Positions 31,149 to 40,330 of a stretch of 64,000 nt of DNA are shown here, one piece after another (the stretch's first letter is position 1; every line of letters begins with the position of its first letter). The stretch spans positions 5,333-69,332 of the forward strand of contig CAZCBX010000001.1 of the NCBI GenBank assembly GCA_964497185.1, in the 5' to 3' direction. This stretch comes from an uncultured Bdellovibrionales bacterium (lineage in GTDB: Bacteria; Bdellovibrionota_G; JALEGL01; JAGRMV01). Below the pieces are notes generated by a model. The model searched no databases. It saw nothing but the letters and a program-made list of their open reading frames with translations, and was not told the DNA's origin. A program made the translations under genes and the position numbers.

Positions 31149-33632
31149 TTATTCTTGCATAAAAAATTCTTGGGTTTGATTGCTGCGTTTGTTGCGGTCG
31201 GTGTATTCGGTGGGCTCTGTGCCCTCACGGAATACTTCAAAAATGGCGCGCTCGGTTTTGTCGGTGGCCAGTTTGCCTGTATCGGCATCGATTTGTGCAA
31301 ACACCAACCGAGGCGGAATATCAAAATCCAGAACAGGTTTGTCTTCAAGGGTGGTTTTCATGTAGTCCAACCACACCGGTGTTGCGGTTCGGCCCCCACC
31401 TTCACGATAGCTAAGGGGCTGTCGATCGTCGTAACCAAACCATACAGTGGTGACCAGCTGTGGGGTGTAGCCAGAAAACCAAGCATCCAAGTTGTCATTG
31501 GTGGTGCCAGTTTTGCCAGCAGCGGGGCGGCCCAGCGCTAAGGCGCGGCGGCCAGTGCCGGAAGTAATAACCTCTTTAAGTAAGTGCGTCATGATGTAAG
31601 AGGTTTGGGGTGTCAGTACATAAGGCTCCGGCAATTCGGCCAAAGGATCTTTACCCAGCTCGGCAACCTTGCGCACTTTTTGCGCTTCAAATTCCAAGTG
31701 ATCCAACTGAGCCAACTGATCCAGCAAAGGGGTCATGTAAGAGGTGCTTTCATTTTCTTCAATGATTTCTCCGTGCCGGTCGATGATGCGAATGATGGAA
31801 AAAGGTTCAATGCGTTTGCCGCCGGATGCAAAAACGGCGTAGCCACGCGCCAGCTCCATGGGCGAAACACTGCTGGAGCCTAGGGCCAATGAAAAGTTGC
31901 GTTGCAAGTCCGAAGCAATGCCCATTTTTTTGGCGTAGGCAATCACCGGATCAATGCCAATGTCTTGCACCATTTTGATGGTTGGAATGTTGCGAGAGTT
32001 GACCAAACTATCGCGAAAAATGGTGTCGCCATAAAATTTTCCGCTAAAGTTTTTGGGCTTCCAGCGAAACTCATTGGTGGGATCGTCATACACAATGGGC
32101 GCATCGTTGATAACGCTGCCCGGTGTATACCCATGGTCTAGCGCGGCAGCATACACAAACGGCTTAAAGGCTGAACCAGGCTGGCGCTTGGCTTGCAGCA
32201 CGCGATTGAATTCACTCAAATCAAAATCATACCCACCCACCATGGACACAATTTCGCCGGTGGATGGGTCCAAGGAAATCAAAGCGCCTTGCACTTCGGG
32301 CACTTGAAACAGTTCATAATTTGTGCGGGTTTTCAATGTTTCGGGCACTTCGATGTCTGAAGCCAGCGCATCCGAATTTTTACGCACCAATATCACATCG
32401 CCTTTGGACAAAGCCTCTGAGGGGCGTTTGATGAGGTTGGCTTCGGATGATAAATTGGTATTGGGCTTTCGGGCCCAGTTCATGGTGCTAATGTGAATTC
32501 TTCCTTGTTCCAGACCAGTATGGATGCTCACCCAGCCATTGGCATCATCGATATTTTCAACCAGCGCTTTCCAATAGCCCGATGGTGGATTTGATTTTTG
32601 CGAGGCCAACGTTTCTTGAATAAACGTTTCTTGTTGGTCTGATGTCAAGTTTTCCAAAGGGCCACGATAGCCTTGTCGACGATCAATTTCTTCAATGCCT
32701 CGCTTTACCGCATCTCTGCCGGCCAGCGCTGCTTTAATGCGCAAGGATGTGTACACTTGCAGGCCCTCTTTGAGCACGCGGTCTGCACCGTATTGATCCA
32801 TTAAAAAGGTTCGGATGTTTTCCACAAAATAAGGGGCTATGGTGGCATTTAAGTCGCTGAACGGCTCAATGTAAATCTCTTCGGCCAGGGCTTGCTCATA
32901 TTCTGCTTGGGTGATTTTGCTTTCGGCGAGCAAACGGCCCAGCACGTATTGTTGACGGCCGGTGGCTTTTTCAAAATCTTTTTTGGGATTGTCACGGCTG
33001 GGCGCTTTGGTTAAACCAGCCATCATGGCCATTTCAGCAATGGTGAGTTCCGACAAGTCTTTGCCGTAATACACTTCCGCAGCGGCTTGAACGCCGTACG
33101 CCGAGTTGCCCAAGTACACTTCATTTAAATACATTTCCAAAATTTCATTTTTGGTAAAAAAGCGTTCCATAAAAAACGCCAAAAAGATTTCTTTGACCTT
33201 TCGAGAATATTTTTTTTCGGGTGAAAGCAAAAGCGCGCGGGCCACTTGTTGGGTGATGGTGCTACCGCCCTGTTTTTTATAACCGGCTTGAATGTTTTTT
33301 ATAAACGCGCGGCCAATGGCCATGAAAGATACACCCCCGTGATCATAAAACTCGGCGTCTTCCGCGGCCAAAAATGAATGAATCAAGGTGGCAGGGATTT
33401 CATCAATGGGCACAAAAAAACGGCGCTGCTGATAAAACTCGCCAATTTTGATCATTTCTTTGGAATACACTTCGGTGGCCACATCGGGTTGATAGGGTTT
33501 GAGTGAGTCCACGCTGGGCAAGTCCCAGGCAATGACGAGCACCAGCACCACAACAGCCACAATGCCAGCCGCCACAGCACCGATAAGTCCTTTTAACCAC
33601 AAAGGAAAACGAGATTGTTTGTTTTTACTCAT
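31149..33632 (-). CDS. mrcA: Penicillin-binding protein 1A (bifunctional glycosyltransferase/transpeptidase)
   Basis: 827 aa; GT51 motif (AAEDAEFYDHGG); transpeptidase SxxK (GSAFKPF) and KTG (AGKTGTT). Confidence 0.92.
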   Translation of the reverse strand: MSKNKQSRFPLWLKGLIGAVAAGIVAVVVLVLVIAWDLPSVDSLKPYQPDVATEVYSKEMIKIGEFYQQRRFFVPIDEIPATLIHSFLAAEDAEFYDHGGVSFMAIGRAFIKNIQAGYKKQGGSTITQQVARALLLSPEKKYSRKVKEIFLAFFMERFFTKNEILEMYLNEVYLGNSAYGVQAAAEVYYGKDLSELTIAEMAMMAGLTKAPSRDNPKKDFEKATGRQQYVLGRLLAESKITQAEYEQALAEEIYIEPFSDLNATIAPYFVENIRTFLMDQYGADRVLKEGLQVYTSLRIKAALAGRDAVKRGIEEIDRRQGYRGPLENLTSDQQETFIQETLASQKSNPPSGYWKALVENIDDANGWVSIHTGLEQGRIHISTMNWARKPNTNLSSEANLIKRPSEALSKGDVILVRKNSDALASDIEVPETLKTRTNYELFQVPEVQGALISLDPSTGEIVSMVGGYDFDLSEFNRVLQAKRQPGSAFKPFVYAAALDHGYTPGSVINDAPIVYDDPTNEFRWKPKNFSGKFYGDTIFRDSLVNSRNIPTIKMVQDIGIDPVIAYAKKMGIASDLQRNFSLALGSSSVSPMELARGYAVFASGGKRIEPFSIIRIIDRHGEIIEENESTSYMTPLLDQLAQLDHLEFEAQKVRKVAELGKDPLAELPEPYVLTPQTSYIMTHLLKEVITSGTGRRALALGRPAAGKTGTTNDNLDAWFSGYTPQLVTTVWFGYDDRQPLSYREGGGRTATPVWLDYMKTTLEDKPVLDFDIPPRLVFAQIDADTGKLATDKTERAIFEVFREGTEPTEYTDRNKRSNQTQEFFMQE

Positions 33633-33773
33633 ATTGGCTCTTTATCATTGTTTTGGAGTATTCTATACTATAGAGGCCAACAAAAAAACCCACAAGCGAT
33701 CACGGGGTCTTTCAAATGTGTGAAAGGTTTTGGTGATCTTGCGGACTGTTTCAATCATAACCCTGGTGGATGT

Positions 33774-34136
33774 ATGACCCAAGCTGGAAACAATACAAAA
33801 GACGACAATCGACGAAAGTTTGCGCGGATCTCGCTGGCCACGCAAGTCAAAGTGGTGTTTCGTGAGATAAGCCAGCGCAATTCGATGATTTTAAGCAATT
33901 TGAGCGAAGGCGGTTTGTTTTTGGAATCGGACGTGCTTAAGCCCATCGGCACGGTATTGGAATTTGAATTTCGTGTGCAAGATGGCAGCGAGGCCATCAA
34001 GGGCAAAGGGGTGGTGCGTTGGCTGGAAGAAGACCCCATGCGTCGCAAAGGAATGGGCATTCAGTTTTTGGACCTCAATCATGTGGGCCGAGAGGTCATC
34101 ACCCAACTTTACCGAGAATACAAAAATAACGCATAG
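33774..34136 (+). CDS. PilZ domain protein (c-di-GMP receptor-like)
   Basis: RxxxR (RRKFARI) and DxSxxG-like (NLSEGGLFL) motifs; start adjusted to MTQAGNN. Confidence 0.65.
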   Translation: MTQAGNNTKDDNRRKFARISLATQVKVVFREISQRNSMILSNLSEGGLFLESDVLKPIGTVLEFEFRVQDGSEAIKGKGVVRWLEEDPMRRKGMGIQFLDLNHVGREVITQLYREYKNNA

Positions 34137-34377
34137 CTTCTAATTTTATACCGCAGTGCTAACCACCACGCACACTGACTTTGAAAAAAAGTTGCGTAGA
34201 CCGTCTTGACAACGTTTCAGCGGCCCTCTATACCTGCAAAGGTAAGTACCAACGTATGATGATCTTCAACCTGACACTTGCGCAGGGTTTTCGACCCTTG
34301 CACTGCTGCGACCACCACGCTTGCTTTTGTTCAAAGCGTTTGCGTCGCAACTTTCACCCTACAAAGGAGAATAAAGT

Positions 34378-35448
34378 ATGGTAGCTATCCGCATGGACGC
34401 TTCGGCCCCACGTATTCAAACGCTTCGCATTTCGATTACATCGCAAAGCAATATCAAGCCCTTTTATGCCACCAGCTTGGGCCTTGATTCAACTTGGACC
34501 ATGCGACCCCCCACGCTGCTTCATACGGATATCAATAAATTTGTTAAAATTGTGGGTGAGCAGGGGGTCACCAGGGTAGAAATTTGTGGCAATGAACCAT
34601 TGCTGCGCAAGGATGTATCTTCTTTTATCAAAGCCGCGCATGCTTACAAGGGCATCAAAGATGTTCGGGTGATCACCAACGGCACGCAGCTAAAAAATTA
34701 CGCCGATGGTTTGCGCAAAATGGGTTTGAAAAAAGTCGAAATCGAACAATGCGATACCTTGGATTTTAAAAAGTATCAAAAAATTACAGGCAAAGATGCA
34801 TTGTATCGGGTGCTCGATGGCATCGAAAAAGTTGAAAAGTTAAAATACAGCGAAATTGTCGTGAACATTTTGCTACTCAATCAAATCAACAACGACGAAC
34901 TGGTCGAAATGGCTCGCTGGACACGCGACCGAAAAATTCACATCCGCTTTAAAGAATTTGCCCCAGTTCAGGACCGCAATAACCCTTATGAAGACCGCCC
35001 AATTTTGACGGTGCGCCAAGCCAAGGACATCATTGAAAATTATCAAAAATTAGAAATGGAATACGATCTAGACCAAGATCAACCCACCCCCACCTTCCGC
35101 TTTGAAGGCGGTGTAGGCAAGATTTCTTTTGTTTCTGCCAAAGACATTCAGGCCGAGCGGGAAAAACCTTGTTTGTATATCAATGAAGAAGGCGTGGTGT
35201 ACAACAATGTACAACCAAAAAAAACATTGTCGGTGTTGTCGTCGCTGCGCAAAGATTCAAAAGATCCCAAATTTCGCAAAAGCATTGAAAAGTTTATCGT
35301 GCTGAAAAAACCGTCTTCGGGCAAAAAGGCCAAGACGAGCAGCAAAAGCGGCCGTAAAAAAGCAAGCAGCCAAGCCAAAACATCCACGCGCAAAACGGCT
35401 TCTACGCGAAGCAAAAGCAAACGCGCCACGGCCAGCGCTTCAAATTAA
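34378..35448 (+). CDS. MoaA-like radical-SAM-fold protein lacking the CX3CX2C cluster motif, with Lys/Ser-rich C-terminal tail
   Basis: LRISITSQSNIKPFYATS where MoaA has LRISVTDRCNxRCxYCMP; conserved GGEPLLR-like ICGNEPLLRKD; last ~60 aa resemble histone H1 tail (KKPSSGKKAKTSSKSGRKKASSQAKTSTRK). Confidence 0.55.
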   Translation: MVAIRMDASAPRIQTLRISITSQSNIKPFYATSLGLDSTWTMRPPTLLHTDINKFVKIVGEQGVTRVEICGNEPLLRKDVSSFIKAAHAYKGIKDVRVITNGTQLKNYADGLRKMGLKKVEIEQCDTLDFKKYQKITGKDALYRVLDGIEKVEKLKYSEIVVNILLLNQINNDELVEMARWTRDRKIHIRFKEFAPVQDRNNPYEDRPILTVRQAKDIIENYQKLEMEYDLDQDQPTPTFRFEGGVGKISFVSAKDIQAEREKPCLYINEEGVVYNNVQPKKTLSVLSSLRKDSKDPKFRKSIEKFIVLKKPSSGKKAKTSSKSGRKKASSQAKTSTRKTASTRSKSKRATASASN

Positions 35449-35531
35449 GCGTATCGCTTTGTGCACAAAGGCCCTAAGGTGTCGGGCTTTTTTTCGGGCA
35501 TCTTGAAGGGCTTTCCAGTACAATAAGTGCC

Positions 35532-35846
35532 ATGTTGGGCATTGGAACCCCAGAATTGTTGGTCATTGGCCTGGTATTATTAATGTTGTATGGTCCCGAT
35601 CGTTTGCCCAAAATGCTGGCCAAAGTAACCGGCTTTATGCGGGACGTAAAAGATGCCGGACAAGATGTAAGCCGAACCGTTCAAAAAGAGTTGTACAAAG
35701 TCGAAACGCAGGTACAAACCTTGGCCCAAGATGAACAAGCCCAACCACGCGTTTCCGATTCAGCGCCACCTTCACCCAAAAAAGACAACGACGCTGAAGA
35801 ACACCTCAGCGAAACGCAAGAAAAACCCAACGACGAGGCGCTTTGA
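35532..35846 (+). CDS. tatA: Twin-arginine translocase TatA/TatB-family protein
   Basis: N-terminal TM helix then hinge (MLYGPDRLPK) and amphipathic helix; 104 aa; 4-nt overlap with tatC. Confidence 0.72.
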   Translation: MLGIGTPELLVIGLVLLMLYGPDRLPKMLAKVTGFMRDVKDAGQDVSRTVQKELYKVETQVQTLAQDEQAQPRVSDSAPPSPKKDNDAEEHLSETQEKPNDEAL

Positions 35847-36592
35847 TGAACGACGGTTCGATGGATTTTTGGGCGCACTTTGGACAGCTTCGGCAATCCA
35901 TTTTGCGATCGGTGGCCAGTGTCCTGCTCGGCTTTATTGGCTGTTACGCATTTCGCAAAGACATTTTTGCATTACTTCGTGCCCCTTACGACCAAGCTTA
36001 TGAAACCGTATTGCAAAAAACACCAGTGTTGATTCAAACCGGACTGATGGAAGCTTTTTTGGTATACTTAAAATTGAGTTTGCTGGCTGGCTTGTTCATC
36101 GCATGCCCCTTTGTCTTTTATCAACTCTGGCGTTTTATTGCACCGGGCCTTAAAAAAAGTGAGCGCAAACATGTGGTGCCCTTTGTTGTTTTGGCCACCG
36201 CGTTTTTTTTGGGCGGCGCCCTGTTTGGTTATTTTATGGTTTTTCCCAAAGGCTTTGCATTTTTCTTGTCCATCACCCAAGGCGAAAACATTGAGCCACT
36301 GATTAAAATGCAGGATTATTACAAACTGGCATCCTGGATGCTTTTGGGCTTCGGCCTCTCTTTTGAAGCCCCCCTGGTGGCATTGTATTTGGTTAAATTC
36401 GGCATCATTACAGCCGATCAACTGCAACGCTCCTGGCGCGGCGTGATCATCGGTATTCTTATTTTTGCCGCCATTATTACACCCACGCCCGACCCAGGCA
36501 CCCTGCTTATGATGGCCGCACCGCTGATGGTTTTGTATGGATTAACCATTGTGGTCGCCCACATGATGCCCAAAGGCAAAAGCCGTGCATGA
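35843..36592 (+). CDS. tatC: Twin-arginine translocase subunit TatC
   Basis: 249 aa, 6 TM segments, TatC-family sequence. Confidence 0.88.
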   Translation: MMNDGSMDFWAHFGQLRQSILRSVASVLLGFIGCYAFRKDIFALLRAPYDQAYETVLQKTPVLIQTGLMEAFLVYLKLSLLAGLFIACPFVFYQLWRFIAPGLKKSERKHVVPFVVLATAFFLGGALFGYFMVFPKGFAFFLSITQGENIEPLIKMQDYYKLASWMLLGFGLSFEAPLVALYLVKFGIITADQLQRSWRGVIIGILIFAAIITPTPDPGTLLMMAAPLMVLYGLTIVVAHMMPKGKSRA

Positions 36593-36641
36593 TGCTTTCA
36601 GAGCATGCAATGCATTCATTGAAAAAAAAGAATATAAAGAC

Positions 36642-37808
36642 TCAGGGCGCTCGATCAAAAAGGGTGAAAGCCTCGGAAAAATGTAACAGTTTGGTGTTTT
36701 GTTGGGTGCGGGTGGGGCCGTTGTAGATTAAGGACCCATTGCAGTCGGGGATCCACTGCTGAACTTTTTTCACGGTTTTAAGCATGTCTGGGTGGAAAGT
36801 TGCGGCTGATTTAATTTCAATGGCGGTGAATTTTCTTCCTTGTTTGTACAATAAATCAACTTCGTTTTGGTTGTTGTCACGATAAAAATACAAATTGGGA
36901 TCTTTTCCTTGGTTTAATTTTGTTTTAACCGCATCCATCACCACCAAGTTTTCAAAAATTTGACCCACCAATGGATCGCGTTGAATGTGATCTGGTTTTT
37001 CAATGCCCAACAAATAAACCAACAGTCCTGTTTCAATAAAATAATATTTGGGGGCTTTGATCACGCGCTTGCCGAAGTTTTCATAATAGGGATTGAGCCG
37101 GTACAAAATAAATGAAGCTTCTAAAATGCTCAGCCAGCTTTTGATGGTGGGAATCGATGTGCCTACATCGTTGGCCAATGTTTGATACGCCAGGATTTGT
37201 CCCGCGCGCCCAGCCATAAGACGAATGAATTTTTCGAATAAGTGCAGTTGTTTGATCTGAATCAATTGTTGTACATCCCGTTCGACATACGTTTTATAAT
37301 AGCTTTGGTAAGCTGCATAAGGACGAATGGCTTGATCAAACACGCGTGGCAAAAATCCATGGAATGCACAATTTGAAAAGTCCCCCAGTTCACGGTGGGC
37401 TTTTTTTAGCTCTTGCACGCTCAGGGGCCAAAGTTTAAGAATGCCGGTTCGCCCTGCCAAAGATTGAGAAATGCCTTGCTGCAAATAAAGCTGATGAGAA
37501 CCTGTCAGAACAAACTGTCCATTGATTTTCTGCTCATCGACGATCACTTGAATGTAGCTGAGCAATTCAGGCACTCTTTGGATTTCATCCAAAATGACAT
37601 GGTCTCGGCCGATGTCTTTAAAAAAAGATTGAGGATCTTGCGCAGCATAAGCCCTTTGATCTGGATCTTCCAAATTAATGTAACGATAGCTGGGTAAAGC
37701 TTTACGTGTCAGGGTGGTCTTGCCCGATTGTCGTGGCCCCAAAATGCTTACGACAGGAAATTCATCCAGCATGGTGCGCAATTCTTTTTCGATCTGTCGG
37801 CCAATCAT
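36642..37808 (-). CDS. AAA-family ATPase with C-terminal DUF4143-type domain
   Basis: Walker A GPRQSGKTTL at the N-terminus; 388 aa. Confidence 0.72.
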   Translation of the reverse strand: MIGRQIEKELRTMLDEFPVVSILGPRQSGKTTLTRKALPSYRYINLEDPDQRAYAAQDPQSFFKDIGRDHVILDEIQRVPELLSYIQVIVDEQKINGQFVLTGSHQLYLQQGISQSLAGRTGILKLWPLSVQELKKAHRELGDFSNCAFHGFLPRVFDQAIRPYAAYQSYYKTYVERDVQQLIQIKQLHLFEKFIRLMAGRAGQILAYQTLANDVGTSIPTIKSWLSILEASFILYRLNPYYENFGKRVIKAPKYYFIETGLLVYLLGIEKPDHIQRDPLVGQIFENLVVMDAVKTKLNQGKDPNLYFYRDNNQNEVDLLYKQGRKFTAIEIKSAATFHPDMLKTVKKVQQWIPDCNGSLIYNGPTRTQQNTKLLHFSEAFTLFDRAP

Positions 37809-37825
37809 TTTATCTAGTTTAATCT

Positions 37826-37856
37826 ATACAATATTAAAGTTCAACTTTAATATTGT
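37826..37856. promoter_or_regulatory. Perfect 14-bp-arm AT-rich inverted repeat immediately upstream of the AAA ATPase gene
   Basis: TACAATATTAAAGTT-caa-AACTTTAATATTGTA read directly from the sequence. Confidence 0.45.
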
Positions 37857-37932
37857 ATAAATATATAAAAAGAAGATCTAAATCATTGAAATTATTTGAT
37901 AATATAGACTTATGCGCGACGAATAAGCTGTG

Positions 37933-39507
37933 TTAAGGCTGATAAAGACCAAACACGCCGCGCAGGGTATGGGCGATTTCGCCCAAGGTGGCGCGGGCAT
38001 TGGCCGCTTCAATGATGGCGGGCATGAGGTTTTCTTTGCCCGATGCGGCCGTTTTCAGCTGAGACAATGCTTGATCGGTGGCTTCTTGATTGCGGCTGGC
38101 GCGAAAGGCTTTGAGTCGATTGCATTGGTCTTGCTCCAAGGCTGAGTCCATTTTTAAAATATCGGGTGCTTGAAGGCTTTCGGTGGCGTACGCATTGACG
38201 CCCACAATTTTGCGCTCGCCTTTTTCCATTTCCATGGCAAACTCATACGCGCGTTCGGCGATGGCATTTTGAAAATACTGTTTTTCGATGGCTTCAATGC
38301 TGCCACCCATGCCGTCAATTTTCTCAATAAGCGCTAGGGCGCCATCGGCAATGCGCCGGGTTTCTTTTTCAATGGTGAAGCTGCCGGCCAACGGATCGAT
38401 GGTGTGGGTGACCCCGCTTTCATCGGCAATGATTTGCTGCGTGCGCAGGGCAATCATGGCTGATTCATCGGTGGGTAGACCCAAGGCTTCATCCCGTGAA
38501 TTGGTGTGCAAACTCTGTGTGCCGCCCAGCACTGCCGCCAACGCTTGTAAGGTGACACGCACAATGTTGTTGTTGGGCTGTTGCGCGGTGAGAGTGCTTC
38601 CAGCGGTTTGTGTGTGAAAGCGCATCAGTTTGGAGCGCTCCTTTTTTGCGCCAAAGCGCTTTGTGACAATCTGGCCCCATAGTTTTCGCGCGGCACGAAA
38701 TTTGGCAATCTCTTCGACAAAGTCATTGTGCCCGTTGAAGAAAAACGAAAGCTGACCGGCAAACGCATCCACGTCCAGTCCGCGAGCACAAGCATGCTGC
38801 GTGTAGGCGATGGCATTGCTTAAGGTAAACGCCACTTCTTGAATGGCATCGCTGCCGGCTTCGCGGATGTGGTAGCCTGAAATGGAAATGGGGTTCCACC
38901 GCGGGATATGCTGGGCGGTGTATTCAATGATATCGGTAACCAGTCGCATGGATGGCAAGGGGGGATAAATGTATGTGCCCCGCGCAATGTACTCTTTTAA
39001 AATATCATTTTGTAAGGTACCGCGCAGTTGATCCACGGCCACGCCTTGCTGCTGGGCCACCGCAATGTAGAACGCGAGTAAAATGCTGGCCGTTGAATTG
39101 ATGGTCATCGAGGTGGAGACTTGATCCAAACGAATTTGATCAAAGAGCCGATGCATATCATCAATGGTTGAAATGGACACGCCAACGCGGCCCACTTCAC
39201 CGCGGGCCATGGGCTCGTCGGCATCAAAACCCATTTGCGTGGGAAGATCAAAAGCGGTGGAAAGGCCCGTTTGGCCGCCTTTGAGTAAATAATGAAACCG
39301 CTCATTGGTTTTTTCGGCGGTGCCAAAACCAGAATATTGGCGCATGGTCCATAGGCGACCACGGTACATGGTGGGTTGTACGCCGCGTGTATAGGGTGCC
39401 TGGCCGGGAAAGCCGAGGTCTTGTTGGTAATCCAGCGGGGCCGATGTGTCGACGGTGCTTGCTTGGGATCCGTCGGATCGTTTGGTGGTGAAGGTGGGTT
39501 TGGTCAT
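37933..39507 (-). CDS. Methylmalonyl-CoA mutase catalytic (substrate-binding barrel) subunit, without a B12-binding domain
   Basis: 524 aa MCM-family N-terminal domain; no C-terminal cobalamin-binding domain in this ORF. Confidence 0.85.
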   Translation of the reverse strand: MTKPTFTTKRSDGSQASTVDTSAPLDYQQDLGFPGQAPYTRGVQPTMYRGRLWTMRQYSGFGTAEKTNERFHYLLKGGQTGLSTAFDLPTQMGFDADEPMARGEVGRVGVSISTIDDMHRLFDQIRLDQVSTSMTINSTASILLAFYIAVAQQQGVAVDQLRGTLQNDILKEYIARGTYIYPPLPSMRLVTDIIEYTAQHIPRWNPISISGYHIREAGSDAIQEVAFTLSNAIAYTQHACARGLDVDAFAGQLSFFFNGHNDFVEEIAKFRAARKLWGQIVTKRFGAKKERSKLMRFHTQTAGSTLTAQQPNNNIVRVTLQALAAVLGGTQSLHTNSRDEALGLPTDESAMIALRTQQIIADESGVTHTIDPLAGSFTIEKETRRIADGALALIEKIDGMGGSIEAIEKQYFQNAIAERAYEFAMEMEKGERKIVGVNAYATESLQAPDILKMDSALEQDQCNRLKAFRASRNQEATDQALSQLKTAASGKENLMPAIIEAANARATLGEIAHTLRGVFGLYQP

Positions 39508-39831
39508 TGGGTTTTTTGTACGTGAAATTGTATAAAAACCAAAGGGTAAAAATTTTTTGAGTTTTCTATTCTTTTTTCAAATGAAGATCTTTGGCGAGGT
39601 ACACACCCCGGGGAAATGCTCCGCGGACTCGCGGAGGTGCTTACTTTTAAAGCAAACTACGAATTCATTGAAGAGTTTTTCTTTGTTTCGGTACATTGAA
39701 TTGCTCAAACAGCGCTGCGCATTGTCCCCGGGGTGGTACCTGCGGCCTGTGCATTTGGACGTTCATATAAGGCATTGGGCAAAGGGCTTGGGGTTTGTCT
39801 TGAAATTTTTGATGAGGGGTGGGGGTGGTTT

Positions 39832-40326
39832 TTATGGGGTGATTGAAATCATGCGTTGGCCGGCTTCGACGGAATCGCCTTGGTTTATGTCTATGGCAGT
39901 TATGTTTCCGGCGGTGGGGGCTTTGATGACGTTTTCCATTTTCATGGCTTCTAAAACCAAAAGGGGTTGACCTTCTTCCACGGTGTCACCGGATTGTACA
40001 TGAATGGCCAGTACGCGACCTGGCATCACAGCCGTGACTTCTCCAGCGCCCGCGCCGTCTCCAAGGCTATTACCCAACGCATAAGGATCTTCCACGGTGA
40101 TGTCCAGGGTGTGCTGGTTCACCATGACTTGGGTGGGGCCATTGGCTTTGCGGGTGAGGGTGTTGGTGTGAAATACCTGCCCGTCTTTTTGCAAAATCCA
40201 ACCACCGCTGGTGTGCTGATAAGAAAAAACATGTTTTTGATCATCGAGCGTAAGGGTGATGGTTTGATCGGTTCGCTCTACTTGAAGGTCGTGGCTTTGG
40301 TCTTGAAAATGCGCAGTGCGTTTCAT
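39832..40326 (-). CDS. accB: Biotin carboxyl carrier (biotinyl domain) protein of acyl-CoA carboxylase
   Basis: Biotinylation motif EAMKMEN; start placed at MKRTAHF, 4 nt after the stop of the upstream biotin carboxylase gene and preceded by GGAG. Confidence 0.7.
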   Translation of the reverse strand: MKRTAHFQDQSHDLQVERTDQTITLTLDDQKHVFSYQHTSGGWILQKDGQVFHTNTLTRKANGPTQVMVNQHTLDITVEDPYALGNSLGDGAGAGEVTAVMPGRVLAIHVQSGDTVEEGQPLLVLEAMKMENVIKAPTAGNITAIDINQGDSVEAGQRMISITP

Positions 40327-40330
40327 GGGG

